Assembly: GCA_001002765.1 (NCBI GenBank)
Contig: LCMS01000005.1
Coordinates: 2,562-66,561, forward strand
From: Candidatus Uhrbacteria bacterium GW2011_GWE2_46_68
GTDB taxonomy: Bacteria > Patescibacteriota > Patescibacteriia > UBA9934 > GWF2-40-263
DNA: 64,000 nucleotides
Direction of reading: 5' to 3'
In this document: positions 30,258-40,580 of the stretch, piece after piece
Numbering within the stretch: position 1 is the first letter of the stretch
Layout: each line of letters starts with the position of its first letter
The notes under the pieces: model-generated
Seen by the model: only the letters and a program-made list of their open reading frames with translations
What the model was told of the DNA's origin: nothing
Databases searched by the model: none
Program-made: the position numbers and the translations under genes

Positions 30258-31232
30258 ATGATTTTTCGTTTGATTGCCCAAGTGATGCTTTCCACTGTAT
30301 TTTTTCACCTTCTTCCCTATGATGGAGAAGTCGTGGAAAAGTTAGCGATCAATGCGAAAGATTTTGATCGCACCCTATTTGCTGTGGAAGAATCTTTAGG
30401 CGGAGACGAACCGCATTTACCCAAGGCTCTTTTTGTTCACAATCCTCCCACTCGTGTACATCCGACCAGTGTGGGAGTTATCACCACGGCTGTGAGCGCA
30501 TTTGTTTTGGATCGCGCAACACGGACACCTCTTTTTGAAAAAAATATTGATGAATCACGTTCGATCGGGAGCATCACCAAACTCATGACCGCCTATGTTT
30601 TTTTGGAAACAACTCCTAGTCTCGATGCTCTGGTCACGATCGACATAAAAGATGTGCGTCTGGGAGGAACGCAACATTTGACCGTGGGGGATCCTGTCAC
30701 GATCCGCGATCTTCTCAAAGCGAGTTTGGTGGGAAGTGATAATTCCGCCACGGCCGCACTTGCGCGACTTTCCGGCACGACCGAAGGAGATTTTGTCGCA
30801 CGGATGAATGAGGTGGCTGCGGAAATCGGCATGGAACGCACCACATTTGCGGACACGACCGGACTGTCACAAGACAACCGTTCCATTGTGTCTGATTTGG
30901 CGCTCATGCTCGATCATATTTTGCAAAATGAAACGATCCGCACCATCACTCAGCAACCTTTTGTGACGATTGCGAGTACTTCAGGTTCTCTCTATACCGT
31001 GGAAAGTACGGACGATCTTCTTCATTCTTTTTTAAATCAACCTCCCTACGCTATCGTAGGAGGGAAGACCGGGTATTTGCCCGAGGCGGGGTATTGCCTT
31101 GGGACGATTTTTTCCGAAGATGGGGGGCATGAGATTATTGTGGTGGTTTTGGGATCTGAGACCGATCAAAGTCGTTTTCAAGATGTGAAATCTTTGGCCG
31201 CGTGGACGTATAAAGTATACGACTGGTTATGA
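30258..31232 (+). CDS. Serine D-alanyl-D-alanine carboxypeptidase/endopeptidase (peptidase S11)
   Basis: SITK, SDN and KTG motifs. Confidence 0.92.
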   Translation: MIFRLIAQVMLSTVFFHLLPYDGEVVEKLAINAKDFDRTLFAVEESLGGDEPHLPKALFVHNPPTRVHPTSVGVITTAVSAFVLDRATRTPLFEKNIDESRSIGSITKLMTAYVFLETTPSLDALVTIDIKDVRLGGTQHLTVGDPVTIRDLLKASLVGSDNSATAALARLSGTTEGDFVARMNEVAAEIGMERTTFADTTGLSQDNRSIVSDLALMLDHILQNETIRTITQQPFVTIASTSGSLYTVESTDDLLHSFLNQPPYAIVGGKTGYLPEAGYCLGTIFSEDGGHEIIVVVLGSETDQSRFQDVKSLAAWTYKVYDWL

Positions 31233-31738
31233 TAGACATTCTTCTTTCTTGGGTTTCGGGCATTGCTGTTTATTCGCCTGATATGGCCACAGCTTTGTTA
31301 GCTGCTTTGCCGGTGACGGAATTGCGTTTATCCATTCCTCTTGGCATGCAGATTTTTGATTTGTCCCTTTCCCGATCTTTTATCGTTTCTATTGTAGGGA
31401 ATGCAGTTCCTGTTTTTATTCTTTTGTATGCGGCACCCCTCTTTGTTTTTTTCCGCCGCCATTGCAGATGGTTTGAACTTTGGTATGTAAAGACGGTTTT
31501 ACGTCTGGAGGAAAAACATCGGGCTTCTTATCAGCGTTACGGAGCTATTTTTCTTTTCATTTTTACAGCGATCCCCTTGCCAGGATCAGGAGTGTGGAGC
31601 GCATGCCTATTGGCGATTATTTTTGACATGAAACGTCGTGCGGCAATGCCGGCTATTTTGGGAGGTATGATCGCAGCCGGGGTGATTGTTTCTTTGATGC
31701 TTGGAGGCGTTCTTAAAGGGTTTTCTTTTTTATTATGA
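31229..31738 (+). CDS. Small multi-drug export family membrane protein
   Basis: ALPVTELRLSIP, AIPLPGSGVWS. Confidence 0.85.
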   Translation: MIDILLSWVSGIAVYSPDMATALLAALPVTELRLSIPLGMQIFDLSLSRSFIVSIVGNAVPVFILLYAAPLFVFFRRHCRWFELWYVKTVLRLEEKHRASYQRYGAIFLFIFTAIPLPGSGVWSACLLAIIFDMKRRAAMPAILGGMIAAGVIVSLMLGGVLKGFSFLL

Positions 31739-32898
31739 AAATCGCGGTAGATGCCATAAATATTTGTGATGTACACGGAGGGGAAGGGGCAGGGATTGAA
31801 CACTACACTCGCTCCATCCTTGCGCATTTGATTTGTGCATATCCGGAAGTCACTTTTATCTTAGCTGTTCCTGATCCGTTTACATCAGAGGTTGCCAAGT
31901 CTTTTGTCCCCGGGGCAAAAAATGTACGTTATCTACGGCCGTTTTTTTCCAAGGTACCTTTCTTTTCTCGTCACATTTTTCTTCCCTTATTGTTGCGTTG
32001 TTATTCTTCAGTTTTGTTTTGTCCCTCGGGTCAGATTCCTTTTGGATGGCTGGGGAGATCGGTTATCACCGTTCACGATTTGACGATTTTGGAACATCCC
32101 GAGTGGTTTGCCGATGTGGGCTCACAAGATTTTTCCACACACGTCGTAGTACCGAGGAGTATAAAAAGAGCGGATACCATCCTTGCTGTCTCACAAGCAA
32201 CACAATGTCAAATCGAACGGTTGTTTCCTCTTGCAACAGAAAAGATACAAGTCGTGCATGAGGGTGTGTGCTTGCCTTCAAATATTTCAAAGTCGATTGA
32301 GACCTTTCCTTACGATCGCGAGTACGTGCTTTTTCTTGGAACTTTGGAACCGCGCAAAAATCTCGTGACAGCGATAAAAGCGTTCGATGCCTTTCTCACC
32401 AATCACCCAGAACAAGCGACACATATTCGTTTTATTTTGGCAGGGAAATTCGGATGGGGAGCGGAACCTATCGAAGAAGCAGCCAATCGTGTGAATGCCA
32501 AATGGCAATTTGTAGAACCTCAAGGTGTGGTGCAAGCGCTTGGTATGGTAAGCGAAGAGGAGAAGTGGCGATTACTTTCTTGTGCTTCCGTTTTTCTTTT
32601 TCCTTCTTTGTACGAAGGGTTTGGATTGCCGATTTTGGAAGCCATGAGTGTGGGTACACCCGTGATTGCAACGACACAAGGTGCGTTGTCTGAAATTGGA
32701 GGCGATGCGGTTTTGTCCGTGGATCCGATGGATCAAGAACAAATATCTTTTGCAATCGCGCAATGTTTACTTGTTCCCGAGGGGGCAGAAGAATTACGGA
32801 AAGCGGGAAAGGAACAAGTAAAAAAATTCACTTGGGAGCGGACGGCAAAAGAAACCATGGAAGCAATTCAAAAGGCGGCGATAAAAAAGAAAACATAA
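31735..32898 (+). CDS. Glycosyltransferase family 4
   Basis: TVHDL, LGTLEPRKN, FPSLYEGFGLPILEAM. Confidence 0.95.
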   Translation: MKIAVDAINICDVHGGEGAGIEHYTRSILAHLICAYPEVTFILAVPDPFTSEVAKSFVPGAKNVRYLRPFFSKVPFFSRHIFLPLLLRCYSSVLFCPSGQIPFGWLGRSVITVHDLTILEHPEWFADVGSQDFSTHVVVPRSIKRADTILAVSQATQCQIERLFPLATEKIQVVHEGVCLPSNISKSIETFPYDREYVLFLGTLEPRKNLVTAIKAFDAFLTNHPEQATHIRFILAGKFGWGAEPIEEAANRVNAKWQFVEPQGVVQALGMVSEEEKWRLLSCASVFLFPSLYEGFGLPILEAMSVGTPVIATTQGALSEIGGDAVLSVDPMDQEQISFAIAQCLLVPEGAEELRKAGKEQVKKFTWERTAKETMEAIQKAAIKKKT

Positions 32899-32922
32899 AA
32901 GCGCTCCGAGGGGAGCGCTTTT
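32897..32922. terminator. Bidirectional terminator
   Basis: AAAAGCGCTCC-gagg-GGAGCGCTTTT between convergent genes. Confidence 0.75.
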
Positions 32923-32927
32923 TGGAA

Positions 32928-33392
32928 TCAGAGTTTTGTTTGAAGATAAGCGATAATGACCATTTGTGCCAGGAGCGAATAATAGAGCGGTACATCTCCG
33001 CGTTTGCGGATAAGAAGATCATGAAAGAAAAAATGCAGGCGATAGTTCCAGCGCAATAGACGAGAATGAGTAAGATCATAGAGACCGACCAATAGATCGG
33101 GAAGAATAGCGCCCACAATTCCCCAGGTAAAGGTGCGCATGCTTTCGATGTCGCGTGTATTGGCAAGGAGCAAGACAAAGAAAATAGCCACACAAGCATC
33201 CACCATGAGAAAGGCGGCAATTTCTTTACGCTTCTTTTTTTTGACGCGAAAATTTTCGGATAGTCGATTATCTCCATGAGGGACAATATCAACAAGATAA
33301 TGCGTGGCAAATCCCAAGGCAAAGGCTAAGAGGGGATTTCCTGTCATTTTTGCCAGTACTGCACCGATAAAGGTGTGGGTCGTGAGAGTCAT
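32928..33392 (-). CDS. Membrane protein, possible metal-dependent hydrolase
   Basis: H..IG, THYLVDIVPHGD, LPD, FFHD within hydrophobic helices; ATG 33392. Confidence 0.7.
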   Translation of the reverse strand: MTLTTHTFIGAVLAKMTGNPLLAFALGFATHYLVDIVPHGDNRLSENFRVKKKKRKEIAAFLMVDACVAIFFVLLLANTRDIESMRTFTWGIVGAILPDLLVGLYDLTHSRLLRWNYRLHFFFHDLLIRKRGDVPLYYSLLAQMVIIAYLQTKL

Positions 33393-33474
33393 AACTAGTA
33401 GACAGTATACCGCGTTTTTCATAACGAAAAAACCCCGCCGTGTGCGAGGTTTATATGCCTAGGGCATAGTATTG

Positions 33475-35244
33475 TTACTTTTCTCCGGAGGAATCCTTTG
33501 CCAAAAAGGAGAGAAGATCAAAGTCGGTCATGGTGACCACAGAGTCTTGCGTTTGAGTGAACGAAATGAGGACTTGTTCACCTTCACGTGAGATCGCCAG
33601 CTCTGGTGAGACACTGACCGTTCCTGTGAAAATCGTTCGATCTTCATCATTCAATGTGAGATAGAAAACGGTTTCCCCGTTTACGACCACAGGGGAGATG
33701 CGATGGATCGTTCCCGTGGCGATTTGATCCTCGCCCGTTGGGCTTGGATCAATCACACTTCCACTGTCTTGAAGCATCTTGCGATACTCCGCAAGAGCCG
33801 CATGTTTATCCGCGCCCAAAGCGACCATGCCATTGGACCCGCGTACGATCGCAATCTTTTGAATGATGCCATCTTGTGAAAGCACCGGGACAACCCAAGC
33901 GAGTTCCCCATAAATGTTGTAGGGGATCGGTTCCACACCGCGATAGCCTCGGAAGTTTGAAACCGCGGCATTGACCGCACGAATGACTCCCTGTTCATCC
34001 GGACCAGAGGCAGAATAGTAGTGGGTGAATCCTGTGCGGGAATCCATGAGCGCGATGCCAACCAAGGATTGATCCGTGGATTGAACGCTCGTAAACCCGG
34101 TAAACCAGGTGGCATTCCCCTGCGCGTCCCAGACGAGTTGGACATCCTTTTTTCTCAATGCATCTGAAGTCGGAACATTGACATCAAGGTTGGCGCCAAA
34201 GGGCAAACCATTCCAAAATCCATGAACATATTTGCCCCACCAAGTGAGGCGAGAAATTGCCAAGGAACATGGTACTTCACGATCAACCCAGGCGGGTACA
34301 TCTTTTCCGATTTTTTCTTCTACCTTTCCGGTTTCCGGATCGACAAGAAGGATGCCGTCCACACGGTCTCCGCTCCAGAAGATGGTCGGAGTGTAGAGAG
34401 TGGCCGTGAACCATGGATGACCTCCGTCGTCAATCTCAAAGGTGAAATCCGTGACGCCGTGGAATTGGTATCCTTGGGAGTACACATGACGCTCAAGATC
34501 GTGGCCAAAGTATGCACTTTCCATATAGGCCATTTGCAGACCTTCCACAATCTTTCCCGGGTCAGTGGGATTTTCCGCTGAGATCATGATATAGGCCGGT
34601 GAGGTCTGTGCCTTGCGCCAGCGCCAGAAACCGGAGAATTCGAGAGGGGCGACCCAGACCAGCTCATCTTGATACTTCTGGATGGTGTAATCACCAATCT
34701 CATATCTGCTTCCAAGGGAATCTCTTGATTGACCAAGGATTTTGTTTCCCTTCCACTGCGCATATTCCAGAGGAACGGTGCGGATATGGGCGGGGTCAAT
34801 GGCTGAAAAACTATCGGTCCATGTGCTTGTGGTGTTGATGTGATCGCTTACAAATGCACGCATTTCCTCATGCCTGAACATACCAGAGCTTAGGCCAAAG
34901 GTGAGGGTCAATAGGGTGCAGAAGGAGAGCATGGTCGCGATCGCGGATCGACTTGTTCTGGTATAGGTATACTTGCTATATCCCACGCGATCGTTTTCAA
35001 TTGCGTCCAATATGGCGCAGAAGATGAAATTGAAAACCATTGCCAATGAGATCAAAAGGATCAGGAAAGGGCCTCCCAGGGTCCCAACAAAATTCATAGG
35101 GATGAGGAGAATGATGGTGGTCCACAGCAGGGTTTGACCCAAGGTGAGCAGCGCCCACTTTTTGGCAAAGCCGCGTTGACCCAGGTCAAAGGGGAGCGAA
35201 CCGATGATGCCGATGAGAAGACCCAGAAGAACAGTGTTTGTCAT
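33475..35244 (-). CDS. Large hypothetical membrane protein (about 4 N-terminal TM helices + large soluble domain)
   Basis: Long ORF; ATG 35244 after GAGGA preferred because ATG 35316 lies in a leader hairpin. Confidence 0.8.
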   Translation of the reverse strand: MTNTVLLGLLIGIIGSLPFDLGQRGFAKKWALLTLGQTLLWTTIILLIPMNFVGTLGGPFLILLISLAMVFNFIFCAILDAIENDRVGYSKYTYTRTSRSAIATMLSFCTLLTLTFGLSSGMFRHEEMRAFVSDHINTTSTWTDSFSAIDPAHIRTVPLEYAQWKGNKILGQSRDSLGSRYEIGDYTIQKYQDELVWVAPLEFSGFWRWRKAQTSPAYIMISAENPTDPGKIVEGLQMAYMESAYFGHDLERHVYSQGYQFHGVTDFTFEIDDGGHPWFTATLYTPTIFWSGDRVDGILLVDPETGKVEEKIGKDVPAWVDREVPCSLAISRLTWWGKYVHGFWNGLPFGANLDVNVPTSDALRKKDVQLVWDAQGNATWFTGFTSVQSTDQSLVGIALMDSRTGFTHYYSASGPDEQGVIRAVNAAVSNFRGYRGVEPIPYNIYGELAWVVPVLSQDGIIQKIAIVRGSNGMVALGADKHAALAEYRKMLQDSGSVIDPSPTGEDQIATGTIHRISPVVVNGETVFYLTLNDEDRTIFTGTVSVSPELAISREGEQVLISFTQTQDSVVTMTDFDLLSFLAKDSSGEK

Positions 35245-35300
35245 GGTTTCCTCGCTTGGAAGAGCAGAAGGCCCTCTGGTTTTGATGAGGGTGTTGGAGG

Positions 35301-35369
35301 TGAAAAGAACCGCCATTCTCCCAGACAGGAGAAGACGTTCTAGAATAGCAAAAATGACGGGAAAGTCAA
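35301..35369 (-). promoter_or_regulatory. Putative promoter + hairpin + boxA-like motif
   Basis: TTGACT-16 nt-TATTCT (TG extended), TTCTCC/GGAGAA hairpin, GTTCTTTTCA. Confidence 0.5.
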
Positions 35370-35450
35370 CGATTTCGTGGCAGAATAGGCGTTTTTTATT
35401 GGGTTTCCTTGGCTGCTTTAGGAAAAACTGCTACCATAATTCTCACAAAT

Positions 35451-35537
35451 GCCGGGATGGCGGAATTGGTATACGCGTTGGACTCAAAATCCAATGATGG
35501 CAACGTCGTGAGGGTTCGACTCCCTCTCCCGGCACCA
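35451..35537 (+). tRNA. tRNA-Leu(CAA)
   Basis: GCCGGGA/TCCCGGC acceptor stem, TTGGA-ctCAAaa-TCCAA, long variable arm, GGTTCGAC, encoded CCA. Confidence 0.96.
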
Positions 35538-35758
35538 AAACTGACTTGTTTGGAAGTGATTGCTTCGACTGTTGTTGAAGCTATGAAGGGCAGGCCATTT
35601 GGCTTGTTATGCGGATAGTCGGAGTGAAGAATGTCCTACTGAAGTTTCCGTCATTAGCGTGGACGAAAGGGGGCTCTGAAATTGTTTCTCCCTCAGAGCT
35701 TTCCATTACGGTCTCATCAGAGCAGAAAAAATGAAGATGAAGTATAAGATCGGGAATC

Positions 35759-35787
35759 AAAAAATACCGGCATACGCTGGTATTTTT
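35759..35787. terminator. Bidirectional terminator downstream of gpmI
   Basis: AAAAATACCGGC-atac-GCTGGTATTTTT. Confidence 0.65.
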
Positions 35788-35798
35788 GTTTGAGATTT

Positions 35799-37379
35799 TT
35801 AGAGCAAGTGTGTTCCTGTCATCTCTGGAGGGAGAGGGAGACCTGCTAACGTGAGAAGGGTGGGAGCGACATCAGAGAGAATACCAACAGGAGGAATCAG
35901 GGACAAGTCGGTTTGTGCAAGATCAGGATTTGGTTTGCCATCATAGGCGTCACCCGCCACGATAAAGGGAACCGGATACATATTATGTTCTTTATCGATC
36001 GCACCAGTGATAGGGTTTACAAGTTCCTCCGCATTTCCGTGATCCGCCAAGATACAAGCCGTGCCATGTTGTTTGAGAATTTCAGGAATGATTTTTGAAA
36101 GACACAGATCCACGGCTTCCACAGCTTTGACGGTTGCAGACAGATTCCCCGTATGTCCCACCATATCAGGATTGGCATAGTTGATCGCGTAAAAATCATG
36201 AGATCCAAGTGCCAAAGATTTGAGGATATGAGCCGTGACTTCAAAAGCTGACATCTCCGGTTTTTGATCATAAGAAGGAACAGAAGGAGAGGGGACGAGG
36301 ATCCGTTCTTCTCCTGCAAAGGATTGTTCCACCATACCGTTTAAGAAAAACGTGACATGGGCGTATTTTTCGGTTTCCGCGATATGGAGTTGAGTTAATC
36401 CTTCCTCACTAAAAATTTTCGCCAGAGGATTTTGGATGATCTCCACAGGGAACAAGACATCCACGGGTAAATTTTTTTCATATTCCGTAAACGTGATCAT
36501 CTTGAGATTGGAAAATGTTTTTGTACGGACATGTTTGAATGAGGGGGTGGCCAGAGCTTGTGTGAGTTCGCGCGCGCGATCCGCTCGGAAGTTAAAAAAG
36601 AGAATCGTATCACCATCTTCCACCGTTGCCAGCGGTTGTCCTTCATGGTCCACGATCACCACAGGTTCCATTTCTTCGTCAAACACCTGTTGGGCATAAG
36701 AATTTTTAATAGCATCTACAGGGTCCCGAGAGGTGAGAGAAGATTGTCCAAGAACAATGGCATCATAAGCTTTTTGAATCCGATCCCAAGAACGGTTGCG
36801 ATCCATACCAAAAAACCGTCCACCCACGCTGGCCACCTCACCCGCTTTTATCTTTTTACAGGAGCCAAGAAGATCTTCCATAAACTGTGCACCAATATCT
36901 TTGGCCGTATCTCGACCATCAGTAAACGCATGGATAAAAGTTTGTTTACCGATTTTTTCTTTTCGACAAAATTCCAGAAGCGCAAGGAGATGTGATTGAG
37001 AAGCGTGCACGCCGCCGTTTCCGATAAGACCAATCAAGTGCAATTTTTTTCCTGACTCGCGCACACGTCTCGCCGCTTCCAAAAGGAGTGGCATCTCAAA
37101 AAGACTTTTGTCCGCAATGGCTTTATCGATGCGTGGCAAACTTTGATATCGCAAAATGCCGGACCCGATGGTCGTATGTCCTACCTCAGAGTTTCCCACT
37201 TCCCCTTGCGGCAGACCGACATTCATACCAGACGCTTGCAAAAGCATGGTGGGGTATCGTTTGAGCAAACTGTCAAAAAAAGGTTTATGCGCGACGGAGA
37301 TCGCATTCGTTGGGGAAGGAGGAGCGATCCCGAATCCATCCAAAATAATGAGTGCAAGAGGACGTTTGATCGAAGGCAT
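35799..37379 (-). CDS. gpmI: 2,3-bisphosphoglycerate-independent phosphoglycerate mutase
   Basis: LIILDGFG, GNSEVGH, AETEKYAHVTFF, NPDMVGHTG, ADHGNAE. Confidence 0.98.
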   Translation of the reverse strand: MPSIKRPLALIILDGFGIAPPSPTNAISVAHKPFFDSLLKRYPTMLLQASGMNVGLPQGEVGNSEVGHTTIGSGILRYQSLPRIDKAIADKSLFEMPLLLEAARRVRESGKKLHLIGLIGNGGVHASQSHLLALLEFCRKEKIGKQTFIHAFTDGRDTAKDIGAQFMEDLLGSCKKIKAGEVASVGGRFFGMDRNRSWDRIQKAYDAIVLGQSSLTSRDPVDAIKNSYAQQVFDEEMEPVVIVDHEGQPLATVEDGDTILFFNFRADRARELTQALATPSFKHVRTKTFSNLKMITFTEYEKNLPVDVLFPVEIIQNPLAKIFSEEGLTQLHIAETEKYAHVTFFLNGMVEQSFAGEERILVPSPSVPSYDQKPEMSAFEVTAHILKSLALGSHDFYAINYANPDMVGHTGNLSATVKAVEAVDLCLSKIIPEILKQHGTACILADHGNAEELVNPITGAIDKEHNMYPVPFIVAGDAYDGKPNPDLAQTDLSLIPPVGILSDVAPTLLTLAGLPLPPEMTGTHLL

Positions 37380-37385
37380 AAAAAA

Positions 37386-37619
37386 TTAGCAGGAGGCCTC
37401 CTCCATTATTTCTTTTATTTTTTTCGTCAGTTCCACAAGACTCGTGTGTAGTTGTTTTTGTTTGTAAGGATCCTGTTCTTGCTCAAGCTTTACGATATCC
37501 ATGTTATAGTTGTAGATGAGTGGAGTGATAAGTGGAAGGAGACAAGCCTTTTTTTCCTGATCTGTGATTGCGTATTCCTCAAAGAACATTTCAATGGATT
37601 TTTGTGTAAGCGCGCTCAT
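37386..37619 (-). CDS. Small hypothetical protein
   Basis: 77 aa from ATG 37619, ends 6 nt before gpmI; longer versions overlap xth. Confidence 0.6.
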   Translation of the reverse strand: MSALTQKSIEMFFEEYAITDQEKKACLLPLITPLIYNYNMDIVKLEQEQDPYKQKQLHTSLVELTKKIKEIMEEASC

Positions 37620-37671
37620 AGAATTTTGTGACAATAGAGTAATATAATGACTATAGTATACCTTTGTTTTT

Positions 37672-38448
37672 ATGAAAAAACGAACCTTGATTTCGTGGAA
37701 TGTGAATGGATTGCGGGCCGTGGAAAAGAAGGGATTTTTGGATTGGCTTGAAGAAGATAAACCAAACATCATCTGTTTACAGGAGACGAAAGCACATCCC
37801 GATCAGCTTCCCGAGCATTTAAGGGTCGTGCCTGGTTATCAATCTCATTTTTGTGCAGCAGAACGTAGGGGGTACAGCGGAGTGGCGATCTATTCCAAAG
37901 ATCAACCCGCAAGCATTGTGTGTGGTATGGGAGAGAAAAAGTTTGATGAGGAAGGGCGTGTGTTAGTGGCGGATTATGAAGATTTTGTTTTGTATAATAT
38001 TTATTTTCCAAACGGGGGATCAGGGGCAGAACGCTTGACGTTTAAGATGGAATTTTATGAATGGTTTTTGCGTAAGATGCGCGCGGAGATCAAAAAAGGA
38101 AAAAAGATTGTGGTGTGTGGGGATGTGAATACGGCTCATCGTGAGATTGATATTGCACGACCCAAAGAGAACACAAAGACATCTGGATTTTTATCCGAGG
38201 AGCGAGCGTGGGTGGATCGGTTTTTGGAAGCCGGGTTTGTGGATACATTTCGTCTTAAACATGCAGATCGTACAGGGCAATATACCTGGTGGGACATGAA
38301 GAGTCGTGCACGTGAGCGCAATATCGGTTGGCGCATTGATTATTTTTTTGTAAGCGAAAATCTGAAGCGTTATCTTCAAGATGCTTTTATTCTGCAAGAT
38401 GTCATGGGATCGGATCATTGTCCTGTGGGGATTATTCTTGGGAGTTAA
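37672..38448 (+). CDS. xth: Exodeoxyribonuclease III / AP endonuclease
   Basis: [35 protein letters not shown]. Confidence 0.97.
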   Translation: MKKRTLISWNVNGLRAVEKKGFLDWLEEDKPNIICLQETKAHPDQLPEHLRVVPGYQSHFCAAERRGYSGVAIYSKDQPASIVCGMGEKKFDEEGRVLVADYEDFVLYNIYFPNGGSGAERLTFKMEFYEWFLRKMRAEIKKGKKIVVCGDVNTAHREIDIARPKENTKTSGFLSEERAWVDRFLEAGFVDTFRLKHADRTGQYTWWDMKSRARERNIGWRIDYFFVSENLKRYLQDAFILQDVMGSDHCPVGIILGS

Positions 38449-38459
38449 AAATATTTTTT

Positions 38460-39539
38460 ATGACAAAGAAAATCATATGGGTCGGAATGGCACTTGTTTC
38501 TGTAGTAGGTGTTGTTGTAACTGCGAAGTTTTTCTGGCCACAAGAGGAAGACATTGTCATCATAGATCAAAGAGAAGTTTTGGATTTTCCCATCATTGAT
38601 ACACATGCGCATTTGTATTGGAATTCGCAAGACCAAGATGGGTATAGAAGTGCTTATGAGAAAGCGCGGGAAATGACGGAAGCACAGGGTGCGGTTTTTA
38701 CAATTTTGACACCCCATCCTTTCGCTGAGTTCATGAGAGGGGCTTATGATTTTGAAATGTTAGAAGAGGTTGGAGAAAATGAATTTGGTTTTTGTGGAGG
38801 AGGCGGAAGTTTAAATGTGATGATTGATGCGACAGATCCGGAAGAGGTCAATCAAGAAATTCTCGATCGTTTTGCACAAAGGGCTCATGAGATTGCACAA
38901 AGCGGAGCGTTGGCGTTTGGTGAGATGTCCGCGCTTCATCTTTCTTTGGGGGATACGCATATTTTTTCCGTTACTAATCCTGACCATTCTCTCTTTCTCT
39001 TGCTTTCAGATATTGCCGCAGAAGAGGGGATTCCCATTGATATTCATATGGAAGCGGTCGATGAGGATCAACCCACACCCGATGCTCTTTTAGAAGCTTC
39101 TTTGAAAAATCCTTCTAGCCTTGAAGAAAACATTTCGGCCTTTGAGCGTTTATTGGATCATAACAAAGAGGCGAATATTATTTGGGCACATGCGGGATGG
39201 GATCATACGGGGGATCGTACTGTGGATTTGATGGCGCGATTTTTTGCAGATCACCCCAATTTGTTCATGAGTTTGAAGATCGCGGAAGATAGCTTGGCAT
39301 CTATGCAGCCTCTTGATGAAGAGGGGATTTTGAAAGAAGAATGGAAAACGTTGTTTACAAATTATGCAGATCGGTTTGTCATTGGGAGTGATCAATTTTT
39401 TGGGAGCAAGCAGACACAGGACAAGTGGTCTTCCCTTGTTGCTTTGTTAGAACAGTTACCCCAAGACGTTGCCAAAAAGATCGCTTATCAAAATGCTCTC
39501 GTGTTGTTTTCTTTGGATGAGAGTGTGGTGGACGAGTGA
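38460..39539 (+). CDS. Membrane-anchored amidohydrolase-family (TIM barrel) metallohydrolase
   Basis: N-terminal TM helix, IIDTHAH, PIDIHME, IIWAHAG, RFVIGSD; ATG 38460. Confidence 0.85.
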   Translation: MTKKIIWVGMALVSVVGVVVTAKFFWPQEEDIVIIDQREVLDFPIIDTHAHLYWNSQDQDGYRSAYEKAREMTEAQGAVFTILTPHPFAEFMRGAYDFEMLEEVGENEFGFCGGGGSLNVMIDATDPEEVNQEILDRFAQRAHEIAQSGALAFGEMSALHLSLGDTHIFSVTNPDHSLFLLLSDIAAEEGIPIDIHMEAVDEDQPTPDALLEASLKNPSSLEENISAFERLLDHNKEANIIWAHAGWDHTGDRTVDLMARFFADHPNLFMSLKIAEDSLASMQPLDEEGILKEEWKTLFTNYADRFVIGSDQFFGSKQTQDKWSSLVALLEQLPQDVAKKIAYQNALVLFSLDESVVDE

Positions 39540-39609
39540 GAATCAGCGGTTATAAAAATCACACATCGAACCCCGGGAATCGAGGTCGTGGGTTTTATCC
39601 AAAACAAAA

Positions 39610-39676
39610 GTCCCCCTTCGCCAAGGCTCCGGGGGACATCCCACATAGCTCCAGCTTTGCTGGAGCGACGTGGGAT
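39610..39676. repeat. Inverted doublet of small REP-like palindromes abutting the tRNA 3' end
   Basis: GTCCCCC-ttc-GCCaaGGC-tcc-GGGGGAC then ATCCCAC-ata-GCTCCAGC-ttt-GCTGGAGC-gac-GTGGGAT. Confidence 0.7.
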
Positions 39677-39752
39677 GGTAGCTGGGGTGGGGATCGAACC
39701 CACGACCTCGGGCTTATGAGTCCCACGCTCTAGCCAACTGAGCTACCCAGCT
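39676..39752 (-). tRNA. tRNA with CAT anticodon (elongator Met or Ile2)
   Basis: AGCTGGG/CCCAGCT acceptor stem, loop ctCATaa, GGTTCGATCC, encoded CCA; paired 1:72, so not initiator. Confidence 0.92.
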
Positions 39753-39867
39753 ATGTTTCTTGCGGCAAAATCGTAACATGACGATTCTCTTTTGACAAGC
39801 GTTTTATTGATGTTTTCCTAACAAAAAAGCACGTCCACAGGTGTGAAGCGTGCCCGTTAAAACACCC

Positions 39868-40422
39868 TTATTCTTTGAGGAGACGCGCGTGCATTTCCTC
39901 TATGACGGCGTCCGTGAACTGGAGACAAATATAGGTTCCCGTACCCATGCAAACAAGCAGACTCAAGAGCAAGACGATCACCAAGGCATAGAGACTTCGG
40001 ATCCCAAAGAGCATCCATATTTTTTTGTGATCAATCGGCATGACAGGAAAAGGCTTTGACCCCTCGAATCGGTGATCAGAGGTTTTGATACGCATAGGGA
40101 CCTCGGCATCAATGCGAATCATGCCAACAGATTTTTTGTTCCACAGGAGAGGGAAGGTGTGGATTCCTTCATTGAAGCCCGCATCCTTTGTCCTGATTTC
40201 AAATATCAGTTCTTCTTCGCGATTTTCTTCTTTTTTGAGAAAGAAATGTCGTACAAAGATATCGCGGTGCCGTTGGATCTCTAGGCACGAACTTGTATGT
40301 ACGTCTCCGTCTGTGATAATGATTTTGCACTGCCATATGCGTCCAGACGCGGTTCTCACATCCGTGATCGTGGTGGGGGAAAGTTCTGTAGTGTTCCCGT
40401 AAAGGTCCAGAAAAAAAGCCAT
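39868..40422 (-). CDS. Hypothetical protein with C-terminal TM helix
   Basis: 184 aa, SD AGGAG, upstream TTGACG-18 nt-TACAGT promoter. Confidence 0.65.
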   Translation of the reverse strand: MAFFLDLYGNTTELSPTTITDVRTASGRIWQCKIIITDGDVHTSSCLEIQRHRDIFVRHFFLKKEENREEELIFEIRTKDAGFNEGIHTFPLLWNKKSVGMIRIDAEVPMRIKTSDHRFEGSKPFPVMPIDHKKIWMLFGIRSLYALVIVLLLSLLVCMGTGTYICLQFTDAVIEEMHARLLKE

Positions 40423-40580
40423 GACGTCTCCTATAAAGAGCAAAGGGAATAACACTGTAAGCAGGGGGAGAGGTAGACGTCAAGGTCACCTCCTCCTTGC
40501 TTTCTCTTTTTTCTTATGTTATTTTTGCCTTGTTCTTTCAACATTCTGGTGTTTTACGCCCATTTTCTCCGAGGTGACCC

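Noticed and set aside
39676-39752. Initiator tRNA-fMet
   Set aside because: Position 1:72 is paired and the anticodon stem lacks the three G-C pairs next to the loop.
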